From assembly GCA_013265495.1 (NCBI GenBank), contig MU057640.1, positions 2,280,636-2,324,329 of the forward strand: 43,694 nt of DNA. The letters run 5' to 3'. This document shows, piece by piece, positions 22,830 to 35,410 of this stretch. A model generated the notes under the pieces. That model did not search any database, was not told where the DNA came from, and worked only from the letters and a program-made list of their open reading frames with translations. A program made the position numbers and the translations under genes. Positions within the stretch are counted from its first letter, which is position 1. Every line of letters begins with the position of its first letter. Source of the stretch: Vicugna vicugna (lineage: Eukaryota).

Positions 22830-24610
22830 ACTCTTTACTTCATAAAATGAATGGAAGTATAATGTTAATAAAGTAAAAAACAGTGATTTCAGTATACAGT
22901 TCTGAGTTTTGAAAAAAAAAGTATACCCATGGAACAACCACCCCAATTGAGATAAAGAATATGTCCATCACCCCAGAAATCCCTCATGCTCATTTTGAAG
23001 CAATCTCTCCCCACTCCTGACCCAAATGACTACTGATCTCATTTATTTCATGAAAAGATTAGTTTAACCTGCTCTAGTAGTTCATATGAACACAATAATA
23101 CCATACTATATGTAATCATTTGTGTCTGGTTTCTTGCCTACAACATAATGTCTATGACATTCATCCATGTTGTTATGTGTTTCCACGTCTGTTCATTGTT
23201 ACTGCTGTATGGTATTCCATTTTATGGATATACAATGTTTTGCCTACCATTTGATGAACTGTTGGATTGATTCTAGTGTTTGTCTATTAGGAATGAAGCT
23301 GCGATGGAGAGTTTTACATAAGACATATTTGGACATAAGTTTCTAGGAGAGGAACTGCTGGGCCATAGTGGCGGTATAAGTTTAACTTAAAAAAAAAAAC
23401 CTGCCAAACTCTTTCCAAAGTGGTTATATCATACTACAGTCCCACCAGAAGTGTACTTGAGTTTCAGTTGCTCCACATCCTCACCCAAACCTACTAATCT
23501 TAGGCATCCCAGGGGAAGGGAAGCAGTATCTCATTCTGGTTGTAATGGCATTTCCCTAATAGCCAATGATATTATGCATCACTATTATTTATTTATTGGA
23601 AGGCTCTATGTTTTCCCTTATGAAGTAATAATTGAAGTCTTTTTTGCTCATTTTTGTATTGGGCCATCTTAGTGTCACTGAGTTATGAGAGTTCTTCATA
23701 TATTTTGGATACACATTTCTTTGTTCTTATGTATTTTGCAAATATTTTCTCCCCATTTGTGGCTTGCCTATTCATTTTGAGTGGCATCTTCTGAAGATCT
23801 GACACTTGTTTCCTTGTCTTACTGGCTTCAAGAAGTGACCCACATTCCTTGGCTTATGGCCCTCTTCCTTCATCATCATAGCCAGCAACACTGCATCTCT
23901 CCTGCTATTCCTTTGTAGTCCCGCTTTGACCATAGCCAGGAAAGGATCTCCTCTTTTAAGAATGCATGTTTAGATTGGGCTGACCTATATAATCCAGGCT
24001 CATCACCCCATCTCAAGGCCCTTAATCTTTAATCATATCTGCAAAATCCCTTTTGCCATTAAAAGTTACATAGTCAAGAGTTACAGAAATTAGGACACTG
24101 CCATCTTGGTGGAGGGGGGCATTAATCTGCCTGCCTTTTCAAAAATTAATTGATTGTTTTTGTGTGTATTGGTTTACTGCTGAACACTATTTCTTTCAGT
24201 TGACCTATCTAACCATTCTTATGACACTATACATTATCTTGATTACTGTGGATTCATAGTAAGTCTGAGTAAGTATCTTAGGATTTCCTAAATAAACAAT
24301 CATGTTCTCAGTGAACAACAATTTTACATCTTCTTTCCAAACTTTACATTACTTTTATTTTATTTTTCTTGCTGCTTTATACTAGCAATTATCCCAGTGA
24401 AATGTTCAATAGATGTTCAGAGATAACATCCTTCACTGTTCTCAGTCTTAGAGAGGAAACATTTAATACATTACCACTTAGTATGAAGACAGCTGAATGT
24501 TTGCTTGTTTTTTGTGGATGCCCTTCATCAAACTGAGGAAGCTCTCTTTTATTCTTAGTTTGCCAAGTCCTTTTTAAACCATGAATGGTGCTGAAATTTG
24601 TCAAACACTT
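22830..24610 (-). mobile_element. Ancient L1 (L1MB/ME-like) 3' end and ORF2 fragments, interrupted by an MLT1 LTR
   Basis: Motifs CCAAAGTGGTTATATCATACTACAGTCCCACCAG and TTGCAAATATTTTCTCCC. ORF2-like minus fragment at 24389-24604. Confidence 0.7.
23800..24135 (-). mobile_element. MLT1 (MaLR) LTR
   Basis: CACATTCCTTGGCTTATGGCCCTCTTCC...TAATCATATCTGCAAAATCCCTTTTGCCA...GGGGGGCATTAATCTGCCT typical of MLT1C/D/E. Confidence 0.7.
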
Positions 24611-25694
24611 TTAATAATATAAGAGTTCCAAATGATATTTCTTCACCTTTATGAATTCTATCTTTTCACAGCATTAGTACTGAATCACTCCATGCCAGAT
24701 GTCCTAAAATTACATCAATATGCTTTCTTTTAACCATTCACATCATTTGTGGGGTTGTGGCCATATATTTTACTTCTTCAATACTTCAACCTATAATATG
24801 TTATTAGTATTTCTTGGAATAATTAGATGTTTTCAAAGAATAATTAAACACAGAATAGTAGTTAGTCCTATATATTTACCCTTGTGATACACTATTCCTT
24901 CCTAATATAATTTCATTTCCTGCTATAGAAATTCCTTGATCACATCTTGTAGTACAGATTTTCAAGTAACACATTTTCAGCATTTATTTATATAATAATC
25001 TACTTATATCTTATTTTTCCTTGGTTTTACTGAGACAAAACATAGATAAAACAAAATTCACTCATTTACAATACACACTTCAACGAATCTGGATAACCTA
25101 TCCAATCATCATCACAGTCAAGGTATACAATTATTTTTTTCACCACAAGAGGACTGCAGTGCCCCTTTATAGTTAATGCCCCCATCCACCCATGCAGAGA
25201 GGACTGATCTGCTTTCAGTCACTATAGGTTAGTTTTGCCATTCTATAATTTCACATAAATAGAATGCCACAGAATTTATCATTTTGTGTCTGGCATCTTT
25301 CACTCAGTATACAGATTTCTTATGCAAACATCTGTAGTTTATTCACTTATTTTTTCAAGGTTTTCTCTATAAATTTCATGAGAGATTGTGCTCATCAGAA
25401 CTCAATAAAAGAAGAGAACAACTGTTATTATCCATTTTTACAAAAAGCAGAGAAGTCAAACTTAAATTTGTTTGACTTCTAGAAGCCAAACCCTAACTAC
25501 TACTGACAATTCTATGCACATTAGTGAGTTTTTTTCTTCGGATAAATTCCTAGAATTGGAATGAGCTGTGTATTTTAAGGCTTTTGATCTGTGTTATCAG
25601 GTTGATATGTATGGCCAAGTCATATTTCTTGAGTCATACATATAACACCTTTATGAATCCTAACACCCTTCCCTATAATGAAGACTCTTTTCTG

Positions 25695-26216
25695 ATGTAG
25701 GGTAAATATACAAAATATAAAAGGACTCATACAACACAACATCAAAAAATAAAACAAACAACTGATTAAAAATGGACAGAAAACTTGAAGAGACATTTTT
25801 CCAAATAAGACAAACAGATGGCCAACAGACACATTAAAAGCTCACTAATCATCAGGGAAATGCAAATCAAAACCACAATGAGATATGACCTCACATCTGT
25901 TCAAATGGCTAGCATCAAAAAGACAAAGAATCACAAGTGTTGGTGAGGACGTGGACAAAAGGGAAGCCTCAGGCACTGTCAGTGGGAAGATAAATTGCTA
26001 CAGTCACTATGGAAAACAACACAGAACTTTCTCAAAAAATTAATACCATACAACCCAGGAATTCCATCTCTGGGTATCTTTCCAAAGAAAATAGAAACAC
26101 TAATTCAAAAAGATATATGCACCCCTATGTTCATTGCAGCAGTATTTACAATAGCCAAGATATGGAAACAACCTAAGTGTCCATCAATATATGAAAGGAT
26201 AAAAAGTTATGTGAGG

Positions 26217-26247
<31 letters not shown>

Positions 26248-26737
26248 CTGTCTGTCTGTCTCCCATTTAACCAAAGGAAAGAATGAAATCCTGCCATTTT
26301 TGACAGCATAGATGAACCTAGAGTATATTATGCTATGTGAAATAAGTCAGAAACAGAACAACAAATACCATATGATTTCACTTATGTATGGAATCTAAAA
26401 AACAAAACAAATGAACAAAATAACAAAACACAAACAGACTTATGGATTCAGAGAACAAACTGGTGATTGCAGACAGGAGTAGCCTACGGGATGATTAGGT
26501 GAGGAAGATTAAGAGGTACAAACTTTTGTTATAAAAAATAAGTTATGGGGACATACAGCATAGGGAATATAGTCAATAATATTGTCATAATTTTGTTTGC
26601 TGACAGATGGTAGTTATCCTTATTGTGATCATTTTGTAATATATATAAAAACATCGAATCACTATGTTGTACACCTGAAATGAATATAATATTGCAAATC
26701 ACTTGCATTTCAATTAAAATATTAAAAATAAATAAAT
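25695..26737 (+). mobile_element. L1 3' end (L1MA/MB-like)
   Basis: ORF2 C-terminus ([27 protein letters not shown]), 3'UTR and A-rich tail. Confidence 0.85.
26220..26260. repeat. (TG)n(TCTG)n microsatellite
   Basis: Read directly. Confidence 0.9.
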
Positions 26738-27272
26738 ACCAGAAGCTGGGGGAAATAAAAGAATGATTCTGAAGATTTTTATTTGAATTGGACAAATCCA
26801 GTTACCCAGGAAGGGGAAAGACTAAAGGGGGTATAGGTTTGTGGGTATGGGGATTAGGAATTCTATTTTCATCATGATAATCTGAGATACCTATTAGGCA
26901 TCTAGATTTTGAGATGGCAGGTAGACAGTGGGTTGCACAAGACTGGTGCTCACTGAAGAGGTGAGGCTTGGCATATTAGTGGCAATTACAGCCAGGGGAC
27001 TAAATTAGATTTCTTGTGGACAGAGTATATACATAGAAGAATGGAGAGTACCAACCAGAAAGGCTGCTAGAAGATGCTTTGCTGATACTTGCTGTTATCA
27101 ATAGTTGAGGACTGCAGGGCAATTTTTCCCAAGAACTTGGACAGTAGAGAAATAATACTCCTATGAGGGTTAAACTGTAAAACCAATATGTAAAGAGTCA
27201 GAGGAGAGATATATTATGCCAACTTAAAGTTACAGAACAGCTCCAAAATCTGGAAGACTTCACTGTAATCTG

Positions 27273-27665
27273 TATCAGGAGATGAACTGTGTCCCCACAA
27301 AATCCATATGTTGAAGCTGGAATCCCTAGTACATCAGAATGTAACCATCTTTAGAGATAAGGTCTTAAAAAAAGGTAATTTAGTTAAAATGAGGTCTTTA
27401 GGATGATCCCTAAACCAGGATGACCAGTGTCCTTACAAGAAGAGGAAATTTGTATACAGACATGTGCCCCTATAGAGGAAAGATGGTGTGAAGACAGAGA
27501 GAAAAGATGGACATCTACAAGCCATGGAGAGAGGCCTCAGAAGGCACCAACACCTTGATCTTGGACTTCTAGCCTCCAGAACTGTGAAAAAATAAATTTC
27601 TGTTGTTTAAGTCACATAATCTGTGATATTTGTATTTGTTATGGCAGCCCTAAGGAACTAATACA
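27273..27665 (+). mobile_element. MLT1A/B-type solo LTR
   Basis: TGAACTGTGTCCCCACAAAATCCATATGTTGAAG...AATAAATTTCTGTTGTTTAAG...GGCAGCCCTAAGGAACTAATACA. Putative 5-bp TSD ATCTG at 27268-27272 and 27666-27670. Confidence 0.85.
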
Positions 27666-28109
27666 ATCTGATTAAATGCAATTACACAACAAAGTAAAAG
27701 AATCTGTCAATCAGAAAGGGGCTTGAACACCCAAAGAAGCATAGAAGAATAAAATATGCAAGAGTTTGAAACCAAGGAGGTCAATGACAGGGCAGTAAGT
27801 TGGAACAGATTCCATATCAAAGGACAAGTGGCTAAGTCCTAAATGAAAACTCATCCATAAGCTGGTCATAGGAGAGGCTGATACAATAAAATACTGAAGT
27901 AGGAGCAGGGCAGGAGCAGACAGGAGACTGGAAAAACAAAGTGAAGGCATGACATGAAATATGCAAAAGTAGTGCAAGGTATGAGTAGAGTACCTAAAGG
28001 TGTGAGGCAAAGTTTCCAATGATCTTGTAAAGAGTACGTTGAGGCCACCAAGTCTCATAATTTTTACGTACTTCAAGGTCATAAGGCATTAAACAGGCTA
28101 GACAAAAAG

Positions 28110-28640
28110 TGTCACTTCTTGCATCACAGACTACCAATGGCCTCCCAATACCCATTCTCAGCTCTTAAAATAGTACCCCTGATTTTTCAGTTGGCATAAT
28201 TCCATCCCTCTAAAATACAGCAAACCCTAAACCTCCCTTATATGTAAGTATAATTCTGTCACCAGGTTTCTAGCCAATGAGAGATAAGAAGTGTAGGAAA
28301 CTTCCAAGAGGTCTGCATAAAGGTATGGGGTGAAACTTTCTTTGCCTTTTCTTCCCTCCTTTCTTGGAATGTGAATATAGATGGCTGAAGTTCCAAAACC
28401 CTTATTAACCATCTTGGACCATGAAGAAAAGGCCATATACTCCAGGCCTACTGGGGGCTGGACAAGAACAGAAAGCTGGAAGGAAACAGGGCCATGGAGA
28501 TTGAGAAGCCTCAATAGCAGTCCTGTGCCATCTATTTCCACAATTTAATGTGAGAGAAATAAACTTTCCTAGCCTGTTGCTTACAGAATTAAGCACCTGT
28601 CTCTGCACTACTGTTCTTTCATGATCTGTTTCTAACCTAT
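28110..28640 (+). mobile_element. Old MLT1 (J/K-like) LTR
   Basis: CCATCTTGGACCATGAAG...ATGTGAGAGAAATAAACTT motifs. Confidence 0.55.
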
Positions 28641-29189
28641 ATTTTGTCTCATCACCTACCAACATATTCTGCTTTTCCATTCTTAGACTATGCTTCATAT
28701 TCTTTTCCCCACGTGCTCCCTATCACTACCTTGATTCCATAAGTATTCTCAATTGTTGTCTCTGAGTGGAAACTCCTATTTCCTCTGTTTTCTGCCTTCC
28801 TAGATACTTAATACCAGCACTGCCTAAACTTCTTTGATGGCCCTTTTTCTTTTACTGCCCTTTATGTTTCTTTTGAAGCTGAGTGCTCAGGTGAAAGGGC
28901 AATCTTTCCAGGTACACAGTGGTGATTTCTCCCTCAGTAGTCTACAAGAAACTAGTTTCTTTTTTTCTTCAAAATGTCTTCATTGATGACTTTCTTGATT
29001 TTCTTTTCCCATTTCTATTTGATCTCTTCTCTCTTGGCATTCCAATGTCACCTTACTTTTTTTTTTCACCAATCATACTTTATTTTGCATTATGATCATT
29101 TTATTCGCTCACACAACCAACATATGTTGAGGAGGCTTGGAAGTTGAGGGTGGCATGAACCTGAGTTTGAAGTTGAGAAATAATTTTTA

Positions 29190-29370
29190 AAATTGGAATC
29201 TCATTTAATCTTCTCAACAACAATTTAAAGATCTATTATCACGCCCTTTTCAAGATGGGGAAACAGAGTTGGGAGATGTTAGATTACCTGATCAAAGCCA
29301 GACAACTGGAAGAAGTTGGAGATGAAACTTGAGATCAGGTCTTCTGACATCATCTGTGTTCTTTCCACTA
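29190..29370 (-). mobile_element. MIR SINE
   Basis: CTCATTTAATCTTCTCAACAAC...TTTTCAAGATGGGGAAACAGAG core. Confidence 0.65.
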
Positions 29371-29749
29371 TTCCTTATTAACTTCTCTCAGGAGTAGCAA
29401 ATAAGAGGTCTTCCTGCTGAATCTGCCTCTTTCGTGCTTTGTCTGGTAAACACAGTAGCTTCTGGTTTGAGAAACAACCTAGAGTTAGACCACAGGAATT
29501 GGCAGAAGATTGACAAGTGCAGTTCTAATTAAAGCATTCAAATTCATATTATAAATAATCAAATCAGAAGCTACTGTGTTTACTAGTCTTACTGTAGGGA
29601 CTTTTAAAAAAAGGAAAAAAAAAAAGATTGAACTTTCCGTTATCTCTCTCCTTCCTTAGCGGATTTTCTCGCATAATCTTATAATTATAAATCTTTTTTC
29701 AGTTCCTTTTGTATGTATACAAATCTTTTAAAAAGCAAAACAAGCCTCT

Positions 29750-30143
29750 TGTAAGGTACAGATCGGAAAAGGTTTTCTTAAGCTCCTGACAGCCAAATCT
29801 TTGAAATCTAAATATTAAAGAAGATAGTGCTCCATCTCTCCTCATCACAGGAATTAGCCTAGTCTCCTTGCTCCAAGCTGTAAGTACCCGCTTGTCACAG
29901 AAATAGAGGTTTATTTTTCCCTTGGATAATGGCAATTAACTAACACAAATGAGCACCCCAAGAGTGACCTACCAAAGAATGTACAGCAAACGGTGTTGTT
30001 AAGCCCTCTTACATGAGAACGTGCGTGTAATGGATTGTATTTGCTCGTCTGCATATAAGGGTGAGGTTTCTGTCTTTGCATTAGCAGACTGCCTGTGACG
30101 CCCATCCCAGTCTGGTTCAATGCTTACCGAATACTAGAACTCG

Positions 30144-30174
<31 letters not shown>

Positions 30175-30235
30175 TTAACATTGATGGAGATTTTCTGAGG
30201 TGGCCAGAGATCCCAGTTTTAATTTTTCCTTGACA
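29750..30235 (+). mobile_element. ERV1 solo LTR (MER34-like) immediately upstream of the SYNJ2BP promoter
   Basis: TG...CA termini; TATA-like CATATAAGG (~30051-30059); TCTGTCTTTGCATTAGCAGACTGCCTGTGACG...CTGGTTCAATGCTTA and terminal GTTTTAATTTTTCCTTGACA resemble MER34 as recalled. Confidence 0.6.
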
Positions 30236-30289
30236 GTATCAATTTATTTACGTCTCTCTCTCTTACCTTTACCATCCCTCCCAGTTCCC

Positions 30290-30564
30290 CACGCCATCCC
30301 CCTCAGTAAAGCGTCACGGAAACGCGCTCCCTACTCACCTCGGTTTGCTTTGAGGACCGGGGGAGACGCCGCCACGCAGCGGCCGCCAGAACCACGACTC
30401 CCAGCATTCCTGGCGCCGCCCCGCTCTCGCGGCTTCCTCTTCCGGTGCTGGGGCTGCAGAAACCCGAAGTGTGGCGCTTTGGCCGCTGGGCCGGGGCTGA
30501 TCCTCTCCTTCACCTTCAGGAGCCCTAACCGACCCAGGTCGGCAAGCCAGACGGGCAGTAAAAT
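30290..30564 (+). promoter_or_regulatory. CpG-island promoter / 5'UTR of SYNJ2BP
   Basis: High CpG density. Half-CRE CGTCA at 30312-30316, GC box CCGCCCC at 30416-30422, tandem ETS/GABP-type CTTCCTCTTCCGG at 30433-30445. Confidence 0.8.
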
Positions 30565-30628
30565 ATGAACAGGAGAGTGGATTACTTGGTTACGGAGGAA
30601 GAGATCAATCTTACTAGAGGACCCTCAG
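30565..30628 (+). CDS. SYNJ2BP: Synaptojanin-2-binding protein (OMP25), first coding exon; intron 1 extends past the window end
   Basis: ATG...MNRRVDYLVTEEEINLTRGPS(G) matches the SYNJ2BP PDZ-protein N-terminus (human MNGRVDYLVTEEEINLTRGPSG). Donor CAG|GTATGT after 30628 (phase 1). SYNJ2BP is a known neighbour of the ADAM20/21/4 cluster. Confidence 0.95.
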
Positions 30629-31139
30629 GTATGTGGAGTCGTCATCTCTGGCACTGGGGTTCCCGAGGCTGTAATTGCAGAGCGGACACTTCTTCTGCGG
30701 GGCCCCGTTCTTTTGGCCTCGGAAAAGACAGGCTCCAGCCTAGAGGTTTCCTGTAACGTTCGTGAGCACGTAGAAGAATATATTGGCATCCAGCGTTAGC
30801 CTGAGACGGATCTGAAGCGTCCACCTCATTTTTCAGTCGAAGTACCACATGAATTTATAGTCAGGAGGAGTTTCTTTCTGCTAATGGTACTAGAAAATCC
30901 TGGGGGAAAGCCTGCGTCTTTGCCCGCACCCGTAAACACCACACCCCTCCTAACATTGCCTACTGTATCACTGTTTATATAGTGACTGTTTAGTAAAAGT
31001 GGGAGCATAGACAGTGTGGACTGTAAATGCATCGGCGTTTTCTTGTTGCTGGTATTCCTCCCTCCCTTTTTTCATTCCTGAGAAATTCATTTAGAGGGTC
31101 AGTTGGAGTGTTAAAGCAAAAAGAGACCTTAGAGATCTA

Positions 31140-31365
31140 CGACAGCAGTTCCCAGACCTGGTTTTGCCTCAAAATTATCCAAGGTTTTTGCTTTGCTTTA
31201 AAGAAAAAAGTTAATTCCTAGGACTCATCTCTCTGAATTTGGATTCAATGCAGGTGTTTCTTTGTTTGGGTTGTTTTTTTTTTTTCCCCTTCCCTCCCTC
31301 CATCCCTCCCTCCTTTCTTCCTTTTTGTCTTTCAACAAGCACCTCCTGTGATTTTGATACTGCCA
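31140..31365. mobile_element. MER5A-like hAT-Charlie fossil
   Basis: CAGCAGTTCCCAGACCTGG...TTCCTAGGACTCATCTC...AACAAGCACCTCCTGTGATTTTGATA. Confidence 0.5.
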
Positions 31366-31479
31366 AATCCTCACTTACCCCTACAGCCCTCTTGTCCCCT
31401 GACGCTCTTTACTCCACTAGCCTCTTAACATTACTACATGCTGCCTGCCTTGGATTTTATTGCCTTTCCTTTACAGCCG

Positions 31480-31720
31480 GCTAGTGTGTGTATTAAAGCT
31501 TTAACTTTGGGATTATGTAGTTCCAAATCTGGTATCCAACCTCTTACTGACTCTTTGATATTTACTGGGTAACTTTAATGATGTAAACCTTAGTTTCTCA
31601 TCTGTAACATGTCAATGATAATAGAATACACTTCATAGGGTGATGAGAATGAAATCATTTAATCTATATAAAACATTTAGAATCTTGTGTGGTAAGTAAG
31701 CACTGTATGTTCACTACTGT
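31480..31720 (+). mobile_element. MIR SINE
   Basis: CCTTAGTTTCTCATCTGTAACATG...TGGTAAGTAAGCACT. Confidence 0.65.
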
Positions 31721-32129
31721 TATTTTTATGGTTAATAGATAAGTGGCTAGGTTAACACAGTAAATCCTGCTGTTATTCCAAGAGTCCCCAACAAGTCATC
31801 AAGTACCATGAAGTTTTTTGGTAAACCCTTCTCTCCTGTCTGTTTCCATCACCATGACCTAGACCAGTCAGTCCATCATCTTTTCTCATCTGGAACTTTG
31901 CAATAGCTTGCCCACCACTGATGGATTATTCTTCATAAAATTTGGCTTTCAGAATCATCTGTGCCTTGTCTTCTTTCTTGTTCTAAAAAAATATAAAATC
32001 GACTTTACTTATGAGGATATAATTTATTGCTAATCTGCACGGTTTAATGTCATGCTCCATAAGAGCTCTTAAACTTTTGTCAAAGGCTCATTTCAGTATG
32101 CCCAAGTCTCCTTTTATTCCTGATTTTAT

Positions 32130-32600
32130 GTAAACTTCTCCTTCTCTCACTCTTAATGGTTCTTGACTTTTGAGGCTAACATGGAAACTTACTGTTAACT
32201 CAAAATCTGTTTCTCTGTACTTTTCATCATTGGTACTTGTTCTTCTCCTAGGGCCAGTTGAAGCAGTAGTAGTTTGTTACCTGATTGGCCTGCAAGTATT
32301 TAAAGACATCTAGTTATTCTCCAGCTTTGTCTCTTCCTTCTGCAGCCTGAAGATCCCTAGTTGTTACATTAGCTCTCTTGCCATTTGATGTGAGGTTTGA
32401 TTCTAGTCTTTTGCTTAAGAATTTAACATACTCATAGTCCTTTTGCTGCAGTAACCATAGTATTTCCAGGATCTCCTAGAGCAGAGCAGAACTCTGATAT
32501 TATCTTGCTTATTCCAGTCCCTAAATAGTTTTAAAGTTTAGTAGAATATCACTTCACCTTTTTTAGTATTTACATAACAATGCTGCTTAATGTTCACCTC
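32130..32600 (-). mobile_element. CR1/L3 LINE remnant
   Basis: CCTGCAAGTATTTAAAGACATCTAG...CTCTTCCTTCTGCAGCCTGAAGATCCCTAGT resembles L3 ORF2 antisense. Confidence 0.4.
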
Positions 32601-34009
32601 ATCATTCACTAAAAATTCTGATCCTGTTGATCTGGCAGATCTAAATTTCCTACTGCTATCCTTTTTCTGCATTATTGGAATTAGGACAGACTTTCAGTGG
32701 CTGATTAAGAAGAATAATTATATCTAGCTAGTATGTTTCACCCCAGAGTGGTTTCATTTCTGTATTGGGTGTGCATTTGTTCAAAACAAACGTATTTATT
32801 CACCTGATGACTTCTTTAATTTTTTCTAAAAAGTATCATGTCTTACTCATGTAAGTTGATAAACTTAAAGGTTTAGGCAAGAAGAGCCACAAACTTGGAT
32901 AAAAACAGTTATTTAAAGCTTGGTTGCTTCAGTTAACAGGAAAAGGTTCCAAGTTTCTGTCTGTCACCTCCCAAAGCTAGTTACCTGCTACATGGTACTC
33001 CTAAGTCCCACAGTCTAACTCAGGTTTTCCTCACTGAAGTATCATGAAGATATACAGTTAAATCAGTTACTACGAGTCACTACTAGAAGCTTCTAATAAT
33101 TTTGGTAGACCCATAGTGATCTTTCACTGGAAGAAATATGAAAAGCCTCTAGTTACAAGTATAGCGTTTCTGTTTGTAGGCAGCATTGTCACTTTGTCTC
33201 TGTACAGCTTCCTATGCAAGGACCTGATAGTTTGTTTCATGAGGTAACTGCAAAAATGTATATGCTTTTGCTTTTTTCGTGCCCGTGTTCTGTCAGAGGC
33301 AAGAGTCTTGGATATTTCCAGTGTTTGGACCCATTTTGCAAGGCAAATGAACCTATTCTGTCTGATCTTGCTTACTGTGAGGGAAATAATAAAGTCTTGG
33401 GAAGGCAATGAAGTGAGTATCTGGTGAGGCAGAAAGAAGCTTGGTATGTAGCTTGACATCTATCCTATGCCAGCTTCCTCAGCTGTGTAAGGAGAGGCTT
33501 AGGCTGGATGGCAGTGGAAGTTTCCTCCACTTCTTAGAGTTCATGATTCTTTGGCCCATTCCATGTGATTTATGATTCCTGCCATTTTGACCTAACAGTA
33601 GGCGGTCTGAAGAACCAATCACAATCTCAAATGCATTCAAAGTTTTGAAGAGTTCACTTTTTATCCTTTGTGGAACACTGTCTCTTTTCCTTCTGTGGGA
33701 GTCCAGCTTGATTAGAGTCTCTAAGTCTCCCACTTTTTCCGTTATCAAATTGAGAGCTCTTAACATTGGAAAGACTCAGTTACTCTAAGAAGTATGACGG
33801 GATTCTAATCTAGCTTTTTTTTTCACTGTGACAGGTACAGATTGGCCATAAAAACAACCCTACTGCACATTGGATATTAGGATTCTTTGTTCAGGACTGA
33901 GGCTTCAATGGATTTTCAGCAAGTTGCTCCCGACAAACCATTTTTAAAGAGTGAACAGAATCTCTATTTTTCTACTTTCTTTAAAGGAATTGCAGAGGCT
34001 AATGGGTTG

Positions 34010-34260
34010 GTACAGTGTTTTAATAATGAATAATTAAGGAAGTGTGCCCTTTCTGGCAATGTGCTAGCTACTTTATATCTATTTTTGTTTGTTTGTTTTT
34101 GTTTTTTCTTCATAGCAACCGTGAGTGGTGATGAATCCAATTATTAGATGAGGAAATTATCTCTCACAGAGGTTAAGGATTTGCCCAAGTTCTAAAGCCA
34201 GTAAGTTTCAAAGGCCATGAATTTAACCCAGATCTGTTGATTTTAGTATTCCATACTACC
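34010..34260 (-). mobile_element. MIR SINE
   Basis: TTAGATGAGGAAAT...GAGGTTAAGGATTTGCCCAAG core. Confidence 0.6.
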
Positions 34261-35199
34261 TCCCAGTGTACATACTGCCTCCCAGTATAGTATAGTAGCT
34301 GTCCCTAAGGAGTTGGCTGTCTGACCTTTATTTCTCTCCTGACCTTTATTTTCTTCGGTCATGCCTAATGTCCAGAAGGATTTGAGGCATCTTAAAGGAC
34401 TAACATAATCCACCATGGGAAGTTTTGATAGTTTGCTATTATTGATAGAGCTGAGGGTGGAACCCAAAAACAAGAAATCTCATTAAGTCCAAGCATTTAA
34501 GCCTCTAGAGGCCTGCCATATGCTTTGTATTTAACTCAGAGACTATTGCTAACAGTTTTCTGATCTTTCATGAATCCCATAGATCTGAGAAAAAAGTGAT
34601 ATATCCTTGCCCTGTTTTCTGTTGATTACATGAAGTCTAGCCCTCCTGGAATTTAGATTTCAATGGAGACATGGCATTCACATGTAAGAAGTTAAACCTC
34701 AGTGCAAAGGCAGAGATGGTTAAGGACTATGATGAGCATATACGTAACAGGAGAGCAAAGGAAGTGTGGAGGGGAATGTGTTAATCTAATCCTGTGCTGG
34801 AAAAGGTCAAAGAGTGGAGCCATTCGTGGGGGCCAGAGTGATCAGTTGCAAGAAGGTGGACTCCTGGTGGTCTTGTAAACTAGGTTTAGGCTAGTGTCAG
34901 GAACAGGGATGGCCTAAGCAGTAATAGAGAAAAGAAAATGAGTAAGCATGTTCTGAGCTCAGTGAGTAAACCAGCCTGGATATAAGGGAGGGTTCATTTA
35001 GGAGAGTTAAGGAAGAGGAGGTTGCTAAGGTAGGTAGAGACTGGTTTTTGAAAAGTTCTCAATGCTAGTGTGGAAAACTTAACCTTTCTCTAAGGTTCCA
35101 TAATTCCTTTTCATTGGTTACGACTCAATTCAAGAGTTACCTCCTCCAGGAAACCTTCCTTACCCAGGCTAGATGCCCCATGTCCCCTTATTACAAATT

Positions 35200-35410
35200 T
35201 CAAACACCGTTTATTGAGTGTCTGTCGTGTATTGCCAGACTTAGCACTTTGTCTCATCTATTCCCAACAAGGAATAAATGAAATGGTTATTGTCCCATTT
35301 TACAAACGAGAAAATCTTGCCTCTTAAATCACACAACTCCTTAAGAAGCAGAGTTAAGAACTGGATTCAGGTCTTTGTGACTTAAAAACCCAGGCTCTGA
35401 ACCATCATAG
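35200..35410 (-). mobile_element. MIR SINE
   Basis: TTTATTGAGTGTCT...TATTGTCCCATTTTACAAACGAGAAAA. Confidence 0.55.

Noticed and set aside
30200..30568. 122-aa ORF across the CpG island
   Set aside because: It has a non-ATG start and a low-complexity Pro/Arg/Ala composition expected from GC content.
30629..30756. Continuation of the 63-aa ORF (MWSRHLWHWG...)
   Set aside because: It lies beyond the canonical donor CAG|GTATGT and loses similarity to SYNJ2BP, so it is intronic read-through.
33885..33950. TTCAG|GACTGAGGCTTCAAT resembling the start of SYNJ2BP exon 2
   Set aside because: It does not encode the expected GLGFNIVGG and reaches a stop in the phase-matched frame. Exon 2 is not seen in this window.
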